Below, one piece after another: positions 49,165 to 59,176 of a stretch of 64,000 nucleotides of DNA (its first letter is position 1; every line of letters starts with the position of its first letter). A program made the translations under genes and the position numbers. Source of the stretch: Nitrospirota bacterium (GTDB lineage: Bacteria > Nitrospirota > Thermodesulfovibrionia > Thermodesulfovibrionales > Dissulfurispiraceae); contig JBFMCP010000001.1 of the NCBI GenBank assembly GCA_040754455.1, positions 160,001 to 224,000 on the forward strand, in the 5' to 3' direction. The notes beneath the pieces were generated by a model that searched no databases, was not told where the DNA came from, and saw only the letters and a program-made list of their open reading frames with translations.

Positions 49165-49818
49165 ATGAACGGGAGATGTTTCAGAAGGGCAGTCTTACTT
49201 GCAGCACTGGTTTTATCAGTCATTGCATTAGCTGTGCAGCCGGCAATGGCGGCAAAATGGGACGACACGCCGTCGGGCCTTGACCTTGTCATTGAGAAGG
49301 TGACAGTAGACCTCGATGGCGGCACGCTCACGATCAAGGGGCAAAACTTCGACAACGGGAGCCAGCCGGAAGTGTATCTTGGGGGCAGCAAACTCGATCT
49401 CATTCTGCCGTACTCCGAAACTGAGATTGTGGCGTGGCTGCCAGCAGACATTGCAGACGGCAGCTATAAGCTGACCGTTATGACCGGCACTGCGGTGAAG
49501 CATTACGATGCGTACAGCCTGACGATCGGAGCAGTGGGACCGCAGGGACCGAAAGGTGACACCGGAGCTACTGGTGCACAAGGTCCTCAGGGACCACAGG
49601 GTATACAGGGCGTGGCAGGCCCTGCCGGACCAACCGGGCCAGAAGGGCCGCAGGGAGTAGCCGGAGCGAATGGCCTTGCCTGCTGGGACCTCAACAGCAA
49701 CAGCACGTGCGATCTCCCCGATGAAGACAGCAATGGCGATCACGCCTTGCCGAGCAGACTTGTGCATGCACATTGCAATTGGTTCTCGAAGAGTTCTTAT
49801 GTAAATCTTCTATTCTGA
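49165..49818 (+). pseudogene. Exported collagen-like protein, probably C-terminally truncated
   Basis: Signal peptide, Ig-like domain, 17 Gly-X-Y triplets, [19 protein letters not shown], then an abrupt change to non-coding-like sequence. Confidence 0.6.
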
Positions 49819-49911
49819 ACATCCTTTATATTGGAATACTAGAAGCTGAAAGACACAGTTATCGTGATCTGGAACTATCGCGTAGTACAGGCAGAAAGGC
49901 GCATACTTTTC

Positions 49912-50015
49912 GTTATTGCGAGCCCGGCCTTATCGGGCGCGGCAATCTCGTCTTTTTACTGCTGCATAGAAGATCAACGGAGAGATTACCACGTCGCTTC
50001 ACTCCTCGCAATGAC
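49912..50015. repeat. Palindromic intergenic element
   Basis: Inverted arms GTTATTGCGAG...GGCAATCTC and GAGATTACC...CTCGCAATGAC. Confidence 0.75.
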
Positions 50016-50101
50016 AAGACAACACCCCGCCGATGCGGACTTCATTCGTTAATCCTCCGTTTCCCTTCTTGCCATTTCCGCTCGATAGCAGGTGTACTAA
50101 A

Positions 50102-52858
50102 CTACGACTTCTTCAGATACTTTCCGGTATACGATTTCGGCGCGTTTTTCAATTCTTCCGGTGTGCCTTCGAAGATGATCATGCCGCCTTTGTCGCCGCC
50201 TTCGGGGCCGAGGTCCACGATCCAGTCGGCTTGCTCGATAACGTCGAGGTTGTGTTCGATGACGACAACGGTGTTGCCGCCGTCGATGAGTTTGCGGATG
50301 ATGCGCATAAAGAGCATGACATCGTTGTAGTGAAGACCTACGGTCGGCTCATCGAGGATATAGAGGACGCCCCGTTCAAGCGCTCTGGAGTTTGTTGATA
50401 ACTCTGCGCAGATCTTCAACCGCTGCGCCTCTCCGCCTGAAAGCGTCGTCGCGGACTGCCCGAGCCGTATGTAGCCGAGGCCGATGTCGCGCATCAGGGC
50501 GAGCTTCTGCTTCACTTCCGGCACATCGGTGAAGAGCTCGAGGGCATCATCGACGGTCATGCTCAGCACATCGCTGATGCTCTTGCCGCGGTACTTCACC
50601 CGGAGCGCCTCAGGCTTGTAGCGCTTGCCCTTGCACTCTTCGCAGGTCACGAAGATGTCCTCGAAGAAGTACATCTCCATTCTCTGATATCCCTCGCCCT
50701 CGCATGCCTCGCACCTCCCGCCGGGAACATTGAAGGAGAAGAAGCCCGGCGAAAAGCCGTAGGCCTTTGCCTCCTGCTGCTGGGAGAAGAGCTTTCGGAT
50801 AGCATCAAAGACCTTGAGGTAGGTCATGGGGTTCGAACGCGGCGTTTTCCCGATGGGGCTCTGATCGATAAGCCGCACGCCTTTTATTCTTTCGAGTCCT
50901 TCTATCTTCTTATGCGGGAGCGGCTGCTCCGGCTCTATTCTGAAGTGGCGGGCGAGTGCATGATAGAGCGTTTCCACCACAAGGCTGCTCTTTCCCGATC
51001 CCGATACGCCGGTGACAACGGTCAATGCCTCAAGCGGAATCCTGAGCGTGACATTCTTGAGATTGTTGCCGGTGGCATTGTAGAGCATCAGCGAACGCTC
51101 TTCAGAGCGCAGCAGCTGTTCCTTGATCCGCTGATGAGCGGCATAATGATGACTGCCGTCGCCCCGCAGATAACGCGAGGTCAGCGTGTCCGTCTTCAGA
51201 AATTTATTCATGGGTCCGGAGAAGATGATCTCACCGCCCAGGTGTCCGCCGTAGGGACCGAGTTCCACCACCCAATCCGCGGATGAGATGATGTCCTTGT
51301 CATGCTCTACCACCACAATGGTATTGCCGAGCGATGCCAGCTCGCGCATGATCTCGGCGACCCTCTTCGTGTCCCTCGGGTGCAGACCTATGGTCGGCTC
51401 ATCGAGCACATAGAGCGTGCCGGTGAGCGCCGAGGCGAGCTGGTTCGAGAGATTCACCCTCTGGTACTCACCGCCCGAGAGCGTTTTCGCCTGCCTGCTC
51501 AGGGTCAGGTATTCCAGGCCGACGCGCTCGAGGAAGCGGAGCTTCATGATGATTTGCCGTAATGCCTCCTTGGCGATGTCCCGCTGCATGGGGGAGAGCT
51601 GAAGGTTCTTGAACCACTCGAGGGTCTGCGCTACCGGCAGTTCGGACAGCTGGGCGATATCGATGCCGTCTATCTTATAGGCGAGCGCCTGGTCGCAGAG
51701 CCGCTTCCCTTTGCATTTAGGACAGGTCACCGGGCTCCGGTACCTGCTCAGCAGTACCCGCACATGGAGTTTATAGCGCTTGCTCTCCATATCTTCGAAG
51801 AAACTATTAATGCCATAGAATTTTTCGTTGCCTTTGAAGAGTAGGCTCTTTTCCTGTTTGGTCAGTTCACTGAACGGCTTAGTGACATCGACGCCCGCGG
51901 CTTTGAGGCCCTTGATCATCTGGGTCTTCCACCATTTGTAGCCGGGCTTTTCCCAGAGATCGATCGCCCCCTTTGCGAGCGAGAGCGATGGATCAGGCAC
52001 AATGAGGTCCTCGTCGTAGATCAGGATATTGCCGAACCCCTTGCATTCGGGGCAGGCGCAGACAGGATGGTTGAAAGAGAAAAAGATCGGTGTCGGCTCG
52101 GGAAGCGAAATGTTGCACTCGTCGCAGGTGTTCTTCGAAGAGAATCTCAGCTCGATCATCTCCTGCGTCTCGTGCGCTTTGAGCACAATAACCTTCAGCC
52201 GCTCGTGACCCTCTTTCCATGCCATCTCGATAGAGTCCGACAGGCGCGGCTCGTTCCGCAGCACGAGCCGGTCGAGCACCACTTCGGTGGGGCCGGCATG
52301 GTCCCCGGGAAGATCGGCGATGTCCACCGCCTCTCCATTAAACCATACCCGGTGAAAGCCGCGCTGCCGCAGCATCTCGAGCGGTTCGGAGCTTTCGAAG
52401 ATGATCAGCGCCCTGCCGTTCTGGTGTTTTTCGAGGAGCTCGGCAACGATCTGCGTGGTGTCCCACCGCCTGATTTCTCTGCCGCACCGCGGGCAATAGG
52501 GAGTGGCAATCCGCGAGTAGAGTATTCTGAAGAGGTCATACAGCTCGGTAAGCGTCCCTACGGTAGAGCGTGAGCCTTTGACCGGGTTTTTCTGCTCCAA
52601 CGCTATAGCGGGACGTATATTATAGATCGCGTCGACATCGGGCCGGTCGAGCTTTTCAAGGAAGAGGCGCGCATAGGTGGACAGCGATTCGATGAAGCGC
52701 CACTGACCTTCGGCGAAGATGGTATCGAAGGCCAGCGAGGATTTCCCCGATCCTGAAACGCCTGTTACGACAATGACTTTATTATGGGGGAGCCGGAGCG
52801 TAATGTCCTTGAGGTTATTCTGTTTTGCCCCTTCAATGATTAACTCACGATTCGACAT
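50102..52858 (-). CDS. uvrA: Excinuclease ABC subunit A
   Basis: Two GVSGSGKSS Walker A motifs, two LSGGE signatures, zinc fingers. Confidence 0.95.
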   Translation of the reverse strand: MSNRELIIEGAKQNNLKDITLRLPHNKVIVVTGVSGSGKSSLAFDTIFAEGQWRFIESLSTYARLFLEKLDRPDVDAIYNIRPAIALEQKNPVKGSRSTVGTLTELYDLFRILYSRIATPYCPRCGREIRRWDTTQIVAELLEKHQNGRALIIFESSEPLEMLRQRGFHRVWFNGEAVDIADLPGDHAGPTEVVLDRLVLRNEPRLSDSIEMAWKEGHERLKVIVLKAHETQEMIELRFSSKNTCDECNISLPEPTPIFFSFNHPVCACPECKGFGNILIYDEDLIVPDPSLSLAKGAIDLWEKPGYKWWKTQMIKGLKAAGVDVTKPFSELTKQEKSLLFKGNEKFYGINSFFEDMESKRYKLHVRVLLSRYRSPVTCPKCKGKRLCDQALAYKIDGIDIAQLSELPVAQTLEWFKNLQLSPMQRDIAKEALRQIIMKLRFLERVGLEYLTLSRQAKTLSGGEYQRVNLSNQLASALTGTLYVLDEPTIGLHPRDTKRVAEIMRELASLGNTIVVVEHDKDIISSADWVVELGPYGGHLGGEIIFSGPMNKFLKTDTLTSRYLRGDGSHHYAAHQRIKEQLLRSEERSLMLYNATGNNLKNVTLRIPLEALTVVTGVSGSGKSSLVVETLYHALARHFRIEPEQPLPHKKIEGLERIKGVRLIDQSPIGKTPRSNPMTYLKVFDAIRKLFSQQQEAKAYGFSPGFFSFNVPGGRCEACEGEGYQRMEMYFFEDIFVTCEECKGKRYKPEALRVKYRGKSISDVLSMTVDDALELFTDVPEVKQKLALMRDIGLGYIRLGQSATTLSGGEAQRLKICAELSTNSRALERGVLYILDEPTVGLHYNDVMLFMRIIRKLIDGGNTVVVIEHNLDVIEQADWIVDLGPEGGDKGGMIIFEGTPEELKNAPKSYTGKYLKKS

Positions 52859-52949
52859 CCAGGTATTTTAACATTTTAACTCTAGTCGGAAAAACAAGAC
52901 GAGGCTCCATTGGAGGAAATGGCGCTCCGCTTTGTTTTATAATGAAAGG

Positions 52950-54026
52950 ATGCTGCAGTTGCTCAGAGATAAAATCCTTGCCGGGGAGAGGCTCACCAGG
53001 CAGGATGCCATAGAACTGTTCCGGAGTGATGATCTCTTCACCATGGGCAGGCTTGCCGCAAACATTGCAGAAAAATACAACGGCAGGAACGCCTATTTCA
53101 TCGTCAATCGGCACATCAACCCTACCAATATATGCATCAACCGTTGCAAGTTCTGCGCCTTCAGCCGTTCAAAGGGAGAAGAAGGGGCCTTCGAGCTTAC
53201 CATCGAAGATATCCTTGCAAAGCTCGACGCAGCCTTCAAAAGCGCGCATCATATTACCGAAGTCCACATTGTGGGAGGGCTGCACCCCGACTGGCCCTTC
53301 GAACACTATCTTGATATGCTCAGAGCAATAAGAGCAAAGTATCCCACTCTCGCGATCAAGGCCTTTACTGCGGTCGAAATCGATTACATGGCAAAGAGCA
53401 GCGGTCTTACCGTAACAGACACCCTAAAGGCCCTCAAAAACAGCGGCCTCGAACTCATGCCCGGCGGCGGAGCGGAAATCTTTGCTGAAGAGATACGGAA
53501 CAAGCTCTGCCCTGAAAAGATATCGGGCAGGCGGTGGCGTGAGATCATGGAGGCGGCGCACAGCGTCGGCATAAAGACCAATGCCACCATGCTCTATGGT
53601 CATCTCGAGAGCATCGAGGACCGGGTCGACCACCTCATGCTGCTGAGGGAGGTGCAGGACAGGACCGGCGGATTCCAGGCTTTTATTCCACTCGCTTATC
53701 ATCCGAAGAACACCGAAATCGGCGGATGGTATTCATCCGGCATCGATGACCTGAAGACCATCGCCGTCAGCAGGCTGGTGCTCGACAACTTTGCCCACAT
53801 CAAGGCCTACTGGATCATGCTCGGCGAAAAGATCTCACAGGTCGCTCTGCTCTTCGGCGCCGACGATATCGACGGCACGATCATCGAAGAGAAGATCACC
53901 CATATGGCGGGGGCCATGACCGGCGAGGGAATGGCAAAAGACGAGCTGATCGGCCTCATCAAAAAAGCCGGCAAAATCCCGGTCGAGCGCGATGCCTTTT
54001 ACCAGCGCATAAAAGTTTATGAATAA
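52950..54026 (+). CDS. mqnE: Aminofutalosine synthase
   Basis: NPTNICINRCKFCAF, PGGGAEIF, HIKAYWIMLG. Confidence 0.9.
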   Translation: MLQLLRDKILAGERLTRQDAIELFRSDDLFTMGRLAANIAEKYNGRNAYFIVNRHINPTNICINRCKFCAFSRSKGEEGAFELTIEDILAKLDAAFKSAHHITEVHIVGGLHPDWPFEHYLDMLRAIRAKYPTLAIKAFTAVEIDYMAKSSGLTVTDTLKALKNSGLELMPGGGAEIFAEEIRNKLCPEKISGRRWREIMEAAHSVGIKTNATMLYGHLESIEDRVDHLMLLREVQDRTGGFQAFIPLAYHPKNTEIGGWYSSGIDDLKTIAVSRLVLDNFAHIKAYWIMLGEKISQVALLFGADDIDGTIIEEKITHMAGAMTGEGMAKDELIGLIKKAGKIPVERDAFYQRIKVYE

Positions 54027-55107
54027 CATTACACAAAGAATAGATAAACAGACCGCATTAGACCTTTTGAAAAATGCCGATTTGCTTGACCTCGGTGCAC
54101 AAGCTGATACCATCAGAAAAGACCTGCACCCGGAGGGAGTGGTCACCTTTGTTGTCGACCGGAATATCAACTATACCAACGTCTGCATCAACCAGTGTAC
54201 GTTCTGCGCCTTCTACCGGTCGGCAGACAGCCCCGATGCCTATATCCTCTCCAGAGAGGAGATATTCAAGAAGATCGACGAGACGATCGCTCTCGGCGGC
54301 ACGCAGATCCTCCTGCAGGGAGGCCTTCATCCCGATCTGGATTTGGAATACTATGTCGACCTTTTGAGGTCAATCAAGGAACGCTATACGATCAATGTCC
54401 ACGGCTTTTCCCCACCGGAAATCACCTATCTCGCCCAAAAGCATCACCTCACGATCAGGGAGGCGCTGACCGTGCTCAGACAAGCCGGGCTCGACTCCAT
54501 CCCCGGAGGCGGCGCTGAAATGCTCTCCGACAGGGTACGGGAAGTACTGAGCCCCAAGAAGATAAAGTCTTCCCAATGGTTGAAAGTCATGGAGGAGGCA
54601 CACAAGATCGGGATGCGGACCACGGCCACCATGATGTTCGGGAGCATTGAGGGTCCCGAAGATATCATCGACCACCTCGATGCTCTTAGAAGCCTCCAGG
54701 ACAGGACCGGCGGGTTCACCGCGTTCATTCCCTGGTCATTCCAGCCTGGCAACACGGAACTCTTAAAACAGAATTCGGGGGCCGGGAGCCAGAAGTCAGG
54801 AGCTCAATCAAAAATCAACACTGCTACTGCTGTTGATTATTTGAGAGTGCTCGCCCTCTCACGGATGTACCTCGACAATATTAAGAATATCCAGGCATCA
54901 TGGGTCACCCAGGGGCTGAAGCTCGCCCAGGTTGCCCTTCGCTTCGGCGCCAATGACTTCGGCTCGACCATGATCGAAGAGAATGTAGTAAGGGCCGCAG
55001 GGGTAAGTTACACGGTATCGAAGGAAGATATCATTCAGGCGATCAAGGGCGCCGGGTTCAAAGCAGCGCAGCGGGATACCTACTACACGATCCTGCAGAA
55101 TTTCTAA
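54019..55107 (+). CDS. mqnC: Cyclic dehypoxanthinylfutalosine synthase
   Basis: VDRNINYTNVCINQCTFCAF, NIQASWVTQG, GSTMIEENVV. Confidence 0.92.
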   Translation: MNNITQRIDKQTALDLLKNADLLDLGAQADTIRKDLHPEGVVTFVVDRNINYTNVCINQCTFCAFYRSADSPDAYILSREEIFKKIDETIALGGTQILLQGGLHPDLDLEYYVDLLRSIKERYTINVHGFSPPEITYLAQKHHLTIREALTVLRQAGLDSIPGGGAEMLSDRVREVLSPKKIKSSQWLKVMEEAHKIGMRTTATMMFGSIEGPEDIIDHLDALRSLQDRTGGFTAFIPWSFQPGNTELLKQNSGAGSQKSGAQSKINTATAVDYLRVLALSRMYLDNIKNIQASWVTQGLKLAQVALRFGANDFGSTMIEENVVRAAGVSYTVSKEDIIQAIKGAGFKAAQRDTYYTILQNF

Positions 55108-55252
55108 GCTTCTTTCCGCCCCCTCCCTGCCTTCATTGTGCATGTCCTGTTTTGATGCGTCTGCCCTGAGAATGCTCTGCGCTGGACTGAACAAAGGAGA
55201 TACAATACGCTATAATATATCCACCTTTATTTCCCCGTTTCCAGGAGGTCGT

Positions 55253-56197
55253 ATGTCTGATACTCTCTATGATGTGATCATCATCGGCGGCGGGCCCGCC
55301 GGCCTCAGTGCAGCACAGTACGCAGCACGGGCCAAGATGAAGACCGTTGTCCTCGATAAATCAGCTACTGCAGGCGCCCTCGCCTTCGCAAGCCTGATAG
55401 AAAACTACCCGGGCATCGAAACCCCTTTGTCCGGCAAGGAACTGCTCGATATTTTCCGCAGACAGGCCATCGGCTTTGGCGCGGAGTATGTCGAGGCCCA
55501 GGTAATCGGTGCTGCTCTCCAAGGGGAGACTAAGGAGGTCTTTACCATGGAGAAGACCTACCAGGGCAAGACGGTGATTATCGCCACCGGCTCCATGGGA
55601 AGAAAGGCGACCATCAAGGGCGAGGCGGAATTCCTCGGCAGGGGTGTCAGCTATTGCGCCATCTGCGATGCCGCGTTCTACCGCGGCAAGACCGTCTGCG
55701 TCCTCGGGGATTCCGAAGAGGCGGTAAAAGAAGCGGGGCTGCTCACCCGTTTCGCCGAAACAGTGTACCTCATCGCCCCCTCACAGAAGTTGAAAGTGGC
55801 GGAAGACAATCCCACGCTCGCCATTCAAAACCTGAAAGTGATCCTCGGCCACACCACCACCGCTATCGAAGGTGCCGAGGTCGTAGAGAAGGTGCGCCTC
55901 AAAGATGCACAGGGGAGGGAGACGACGCTCGCTCTCGACGGCGTCTTCGTCTATCTGCACGGAAGCAAACCCATCATCGATTTTCTGCAAGGGGCGGTCG
56001 AGGTCAGCGAGGATGGGTGCATTGCGACCAATAAAATGACCGAGACCTCTCTTCCCGGCGTCTTCAGCGCGGGTGATGTGACCTGCACCGAGGTCAGACA
56101 GGTCATCATTGCCGCAGCGCAGGGATGCATCGCAGCCCTCTCTGCGGAAAAGCATGTCTTCCACCGGAAGAGAAGAAAATTCGACTGGCACGGATAG
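55253..56197 (+). CDS. trxB: Thioredoxin reductase
   Basis: GGGPAG, ENYPG, GVSYCAICD, SAGD; AGGAGG RBS. Confidence 0.88.
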   Translation: MSDTLYDVIIIGGGPAGLSAAQYAARAKMKTVVLDKSATAGALAFASLIENYPGIETPLSGKELLDIFRRQAIGFGAEYVEAQVIGAALQGETKEVFTMEKTYQGKTVIIATGSMGRKATIKGEAEFLGRGVSYCAICDAAFYRGKTVCVLGDSEEAVKEAGLLTRFAETVYLIAPSQKLKVAEDNPTLAIQNLKVILGHTTTAIEGAEVVEKVRLKDAQGRETTLALDGVFVYLHGSKPIIDFLQGAVEVSEDGCIATNKMTETSLPGVFSAGDVTCTEVRQVIIAAAQGCIAALSAEKHVFHRKRRKFDWHG

Positions 56198-56209
56198 CAT
56201 AACCGGTGA

Positions 56210-56617
56210 ATGGGTGAAAAGGGAATGGAATATACCGAACTGAAAAAAATGGTGCTCGACTATATGGAGAAGGGATTCCTCGAAAATATCATCGATATGT
56301 TCAAGCACGATGCGTCCCTCTATCCGCTGATCATCGATATGATACGGGACGAACGGATTAGGGTCCGGCTGGGGGTAACAGCGCTCGTCGAAGAACTGGC
56401 AAAGGTAAAGCCCGAACCGCTCATCAGGCTCATCCCCGATATTGCCTCTCTCTTACAGGACGTGAACCCCACGGTCCGCGGCGACGGTGCAAACCTTCTG
56501 GATATCATCAAGCATAAAGATGCGCTCCCTTATCTGCTGAATGCCGAGAGCGACGAGGACGATGATGTCAGAATGATCGTGCGCGAAGCAATCAAAGAGA
56601 TCAGCGGGCTCAATTAG
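56210..56617 (+). CDS. HEAT-repeat protein
   Basis: D....VR helical repeats (DERIRVR, DVNPTVR, DDDVR). Confidence 0.8.
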   Translation: MGEKGMEYTELKKMVLDYMEKGFLENIIDMFKHDASLYPLIIDMIRDERIRVRLGVTALVEELAKVKPEPLIRLIPDIASLLQDVNPTVRGDGANLLDIIKHKDALPYLLNAESDEDDDVRMIVREAIKEISGLN

Positions 56618-56637
56618 ATAGCTACGACAGCGACTAC

Positions 56638-56809
56638 GGGACTTACGCGACGCGGGCAGGAACGGGCACTCCAAGAAGCTTTCTCATGCGCCTTTATTCT
56701 ATATCGATATGCCTCACCTCTCAATTAAAGAGCAGTTATCAAGAATGTGAGGTCTTGGTGGAAGTAGAAGGAAGCGCTAAAAAGCTTCTTTCCGCACCCA
56801 TTCCTGCCT
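56638..56809 (-). repeat. ~155-nt structured element, copy C (core 56654-56809), with GGGACTTACGCG end
   Basis: Inverted homolog of copies A and B; 15-bp closing stem on the minus strand. Confidence 0.82.
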
Positions 56810-56817
56810 TTCTTCCC

Positions 56818-57501
56818 CTAGTCGAGTTTCAGCGCCTTCAGGAAATTCTCTGTATCAGACAGCGTCTCGAACACCACATCCGCCCCTGCCTGCAGAAGAG
56901 CATCGATGGAATAAGGGCCGGTGGCTACCGCAATACAGAATGCGCCGTAGGGCTTTGCGCAATAGACATCCCGCGGCGTATCGCCCACGATGACGCAGTC
57001 TTTGAAATCTATGGGGTGACCGGCCCTCTGCTCAAACCGTTCCCGAGCGACAGGGAGCAGCTTGTTCCTATCCTCATCATCATCGCCGAACGCACCGAAA
57101 GAAAAATAATCGTTTAAGCTGAAGGCCCCTAGCTTTATCCGCGCACCACGCTCGATGTTGCCGGTCAAAAGCCCCAGCTGGCAGGCTTCGTTCATTCCGT
57201 TCAGATGTTCAATGGCCTCCCGGATGCCGGGCTTGAGATGCCTGTTGCTATTAGAAATTTCAGCCCCGAGGTATCTTACATATGCGTTCACAAATTGAGG
57301 GACTAGTCCGTTATCGGTCGGAAATCCGTGTTTCCCAAGGCATTCTTTAATAATCTGCAGGTCCGTCTTGCCTGCCATGCTGATGCCTCTGAACGCATCA
57401 TCAATCGAGAAGACTTCTCTGAAGGCCAGGTCCATAGAACGTGTCCCAGCCCCGCCGGAGTCCATAATCGTACCGTCGATATCAAACAGTATCAGTTTCA
57501 T
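56818..57501 (-). CDS. HAD-family hydrolase
   Basis: FDIDGT, LLTGN, VGDTPRD. Confidence 0.9.
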   Translation of the reverse strand: MKLILFDIDGTIMDSGGAGTRSMDLAFREVFSIDDAFRGISMAGKTDLQIIKECLGKHGFPTDNGLVPQFVNAYVRYLGAEISNSNRHLKPGIREAIEHLNGMNEACQLGLLTGNIERGARIKLGAFSLNDYFSFGAFGDDDEDRNKLLPVARERFEQRAGHPIDFKDCVIVGDTPRDVYCAKPYGAFCIAVATGPYSIDALLQAGADVVFETLSDTENFLKALKLD

Positions 57502-57605
57502 TTATCTAAAATACCGGTTGTCTAAAGAGCAAGTCAAATAACGCTGCTCCACGTACCGTCCCGATTTGCTATAATATCGGACCTCCCTAAAACGAAAGGA
57601 ATGCG

Positions 57606-58193
57606 ATGAAGGAGCGACTGACTCGACTCATTTACGACAAGGCATTTAAATACAGCAAAGAGCCGGTATTCAAGTTGGTTTCGGGACGCATGAGCAATTA
57701 CTATTTCAACTGCAAGGCCGTCACGCTTCACCCCGAGGGCATGTACCTCATCGGGAATATCATCTTCGAGATGATCAAGGATCTGCCGGTGAACGGTATC
57801 GGCGGTCTTACCCTCGGCGCTGATCCCATAGCTGACGCCGTCGCTTATACGTCGTATCTCAAGAAAAAACCTATTGAAGCATTCGTCGTCAGAAAAACCG
57901 CCAAGAGCCATGGTACCATGCAGTGGATTGAAGGAAATGTGAAATCGGGCGATAAGGTAATCATTGTCGATGACGTAATCACCACGGGGAAATCGACCAT
58001 TGAAGCGATTACAAAGGCGAAGGAGGCAGGCCTGGAAATCATCAAAGTCATTGCCCTTGTCGATAGACAGGAGGGCGGCTATGAGGCGGTGCAGGAAAGC
58101 ATTAAAGAAATAAATGTTCCTTACAACCTCGTCGAGGCCGTCGTTACGAGAGAAGATGTCATGGCATTATACCGGAACGACAATCCCGCCTGA
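57606..58193 (+). CDS. pyrE: Orotate phosphoribosyltransferase
   Basis: FKLVSG, VRKTAK.HG, VDDVITTG. Confidence 0.93.
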   Translation: MKERLTRLIYDKAFKYSKEPVFKLVSGRMSNYYFNCKAVTLHPEGMYLIGNIIFEMIKDLPVNGIGGLTLGADPIADAVAYTSYLKKKPIEAFVVRKTAKSHGTMQWIEGNVKSGDKVIIVDDVITTGKSTIEAITKAKEAGLEIIKVIALVDRQEGGYEAVQESIKEINVPYNLVEAVVTREDVMALYRNDNPA

Positions 58194-58402
58194 TTTTACA
58201 AAATTGACCGGATAGTCGATAATTCATCGCTGTTATTAAACGGTGTGTGCCAAATCGGGGGGGGGCGGGTGACTGTTGTTTCGTTTTTCTTCTTTAGGTC
58301 TTCGAAGTCGTATCATGTCATGCTGCTTGTTGCCGTCGCCGTGCTGCCCGCCCTTGTGCTCCTCGATGTCATAATGCCGATTCCCAAACTCCAAAGTTCA
58401 AA

Positions 58403-59098
58403 TCACCGCTCGATAACTCTCTCTAAAAAAAACCTCTGTACATTCTCGGAGGCCTTTAGGATATCGTTCTTATTGAGCGGTGTCGCCGTTCTGTCCTCAA
58501 TGATATTGCTGATCCCCCTCACTTCTGCTACGGGAATTCCGTTCAAAGCGCATATGTGGGCGACGGCAGCGCCTTCCATGCTCTCGCAGACCGCATGGAA
58601 GCGCTGTTCAAGTGCATATCCCCGTTCCAGCGTGCCGCTGCAGGAAGAGACCGTCACAAAATTTCCGCGAGGGGTGAAATTCCCGAGGGCGTCAGGAACC
58701 ACGAGGGGGAATTCGTTGTAAAAGGCATGCTCAGGGGCAGAGAGGAGCGGTAGCCGGAGGGTTTCCATTGTGCAAAAACTACCCCTGAGTGCCAATCCTT
58801 CATCACCATAGATATCCCTTTCAGCCACTGCAATATCTCCGACACCCAATCCAGATGAGGGATAAGCACCTGCGACGCCGATGGAATATACGAATCCGGG
58901 CTTGCATTTCTCGACCAGGAGTGTCGTTCCGTGGGCGGCATTGGCCTTCCCGATGCCGCAGATGCAGATCACCGTCTCCTTACCTTTCAGTGCACCTCGA
59001 TAGAATATCTTATGTTGAAACAACAGTCGTTCTTTTCCGGCTAGCCGGCCGAGCAGGAGGTCCGCTTCAATCTCTGTCGAGACGACAATGCCTATCAT
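58403..59098 (-). CDS. mqnB: Futalosine hydrolase
   Basis: GIGKANAA, GVAGAY, TVSSCSGT, ESMEGAA, RGISN...R. Confidence 0.88.
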   Translation of the reverse strand: MIGIVVSTEIEADLLLGRLAGKERLLFQHKIFYRGALKGKETVICICGIGKANAAHGTTLLVEKCKPGFVYSIGVAGAYPSSGLGVGDIAVAERDIYGDEGLALRGSFCTMETLRLPLLSAPEHAFYNEFPLVVPDALGNFTPRGNFVTVSSCSGTLERGYALEQRFHAVCESMEGAAVAHICALNGIPVAEVRGISNIIEDRTATPLNKNDILKASENVQRFFLERVIER

Positions 59099-59176
59099 GA
59101 AAGATTCAAAAGGCAAAGAGAAAAGGTAAACAACGGAGCTCCGGAATTTTTAATTTTTCTTTTTAAATTTTTCATG

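Noticed and set aside
58245..58402. Hydrophobic ORF start with a G9 tract and a TGGCAC sigma54-like box
   Set aside because: The ORF runs antisense into mqnB and the -12 TTGC element is absent; at most a gene remnant
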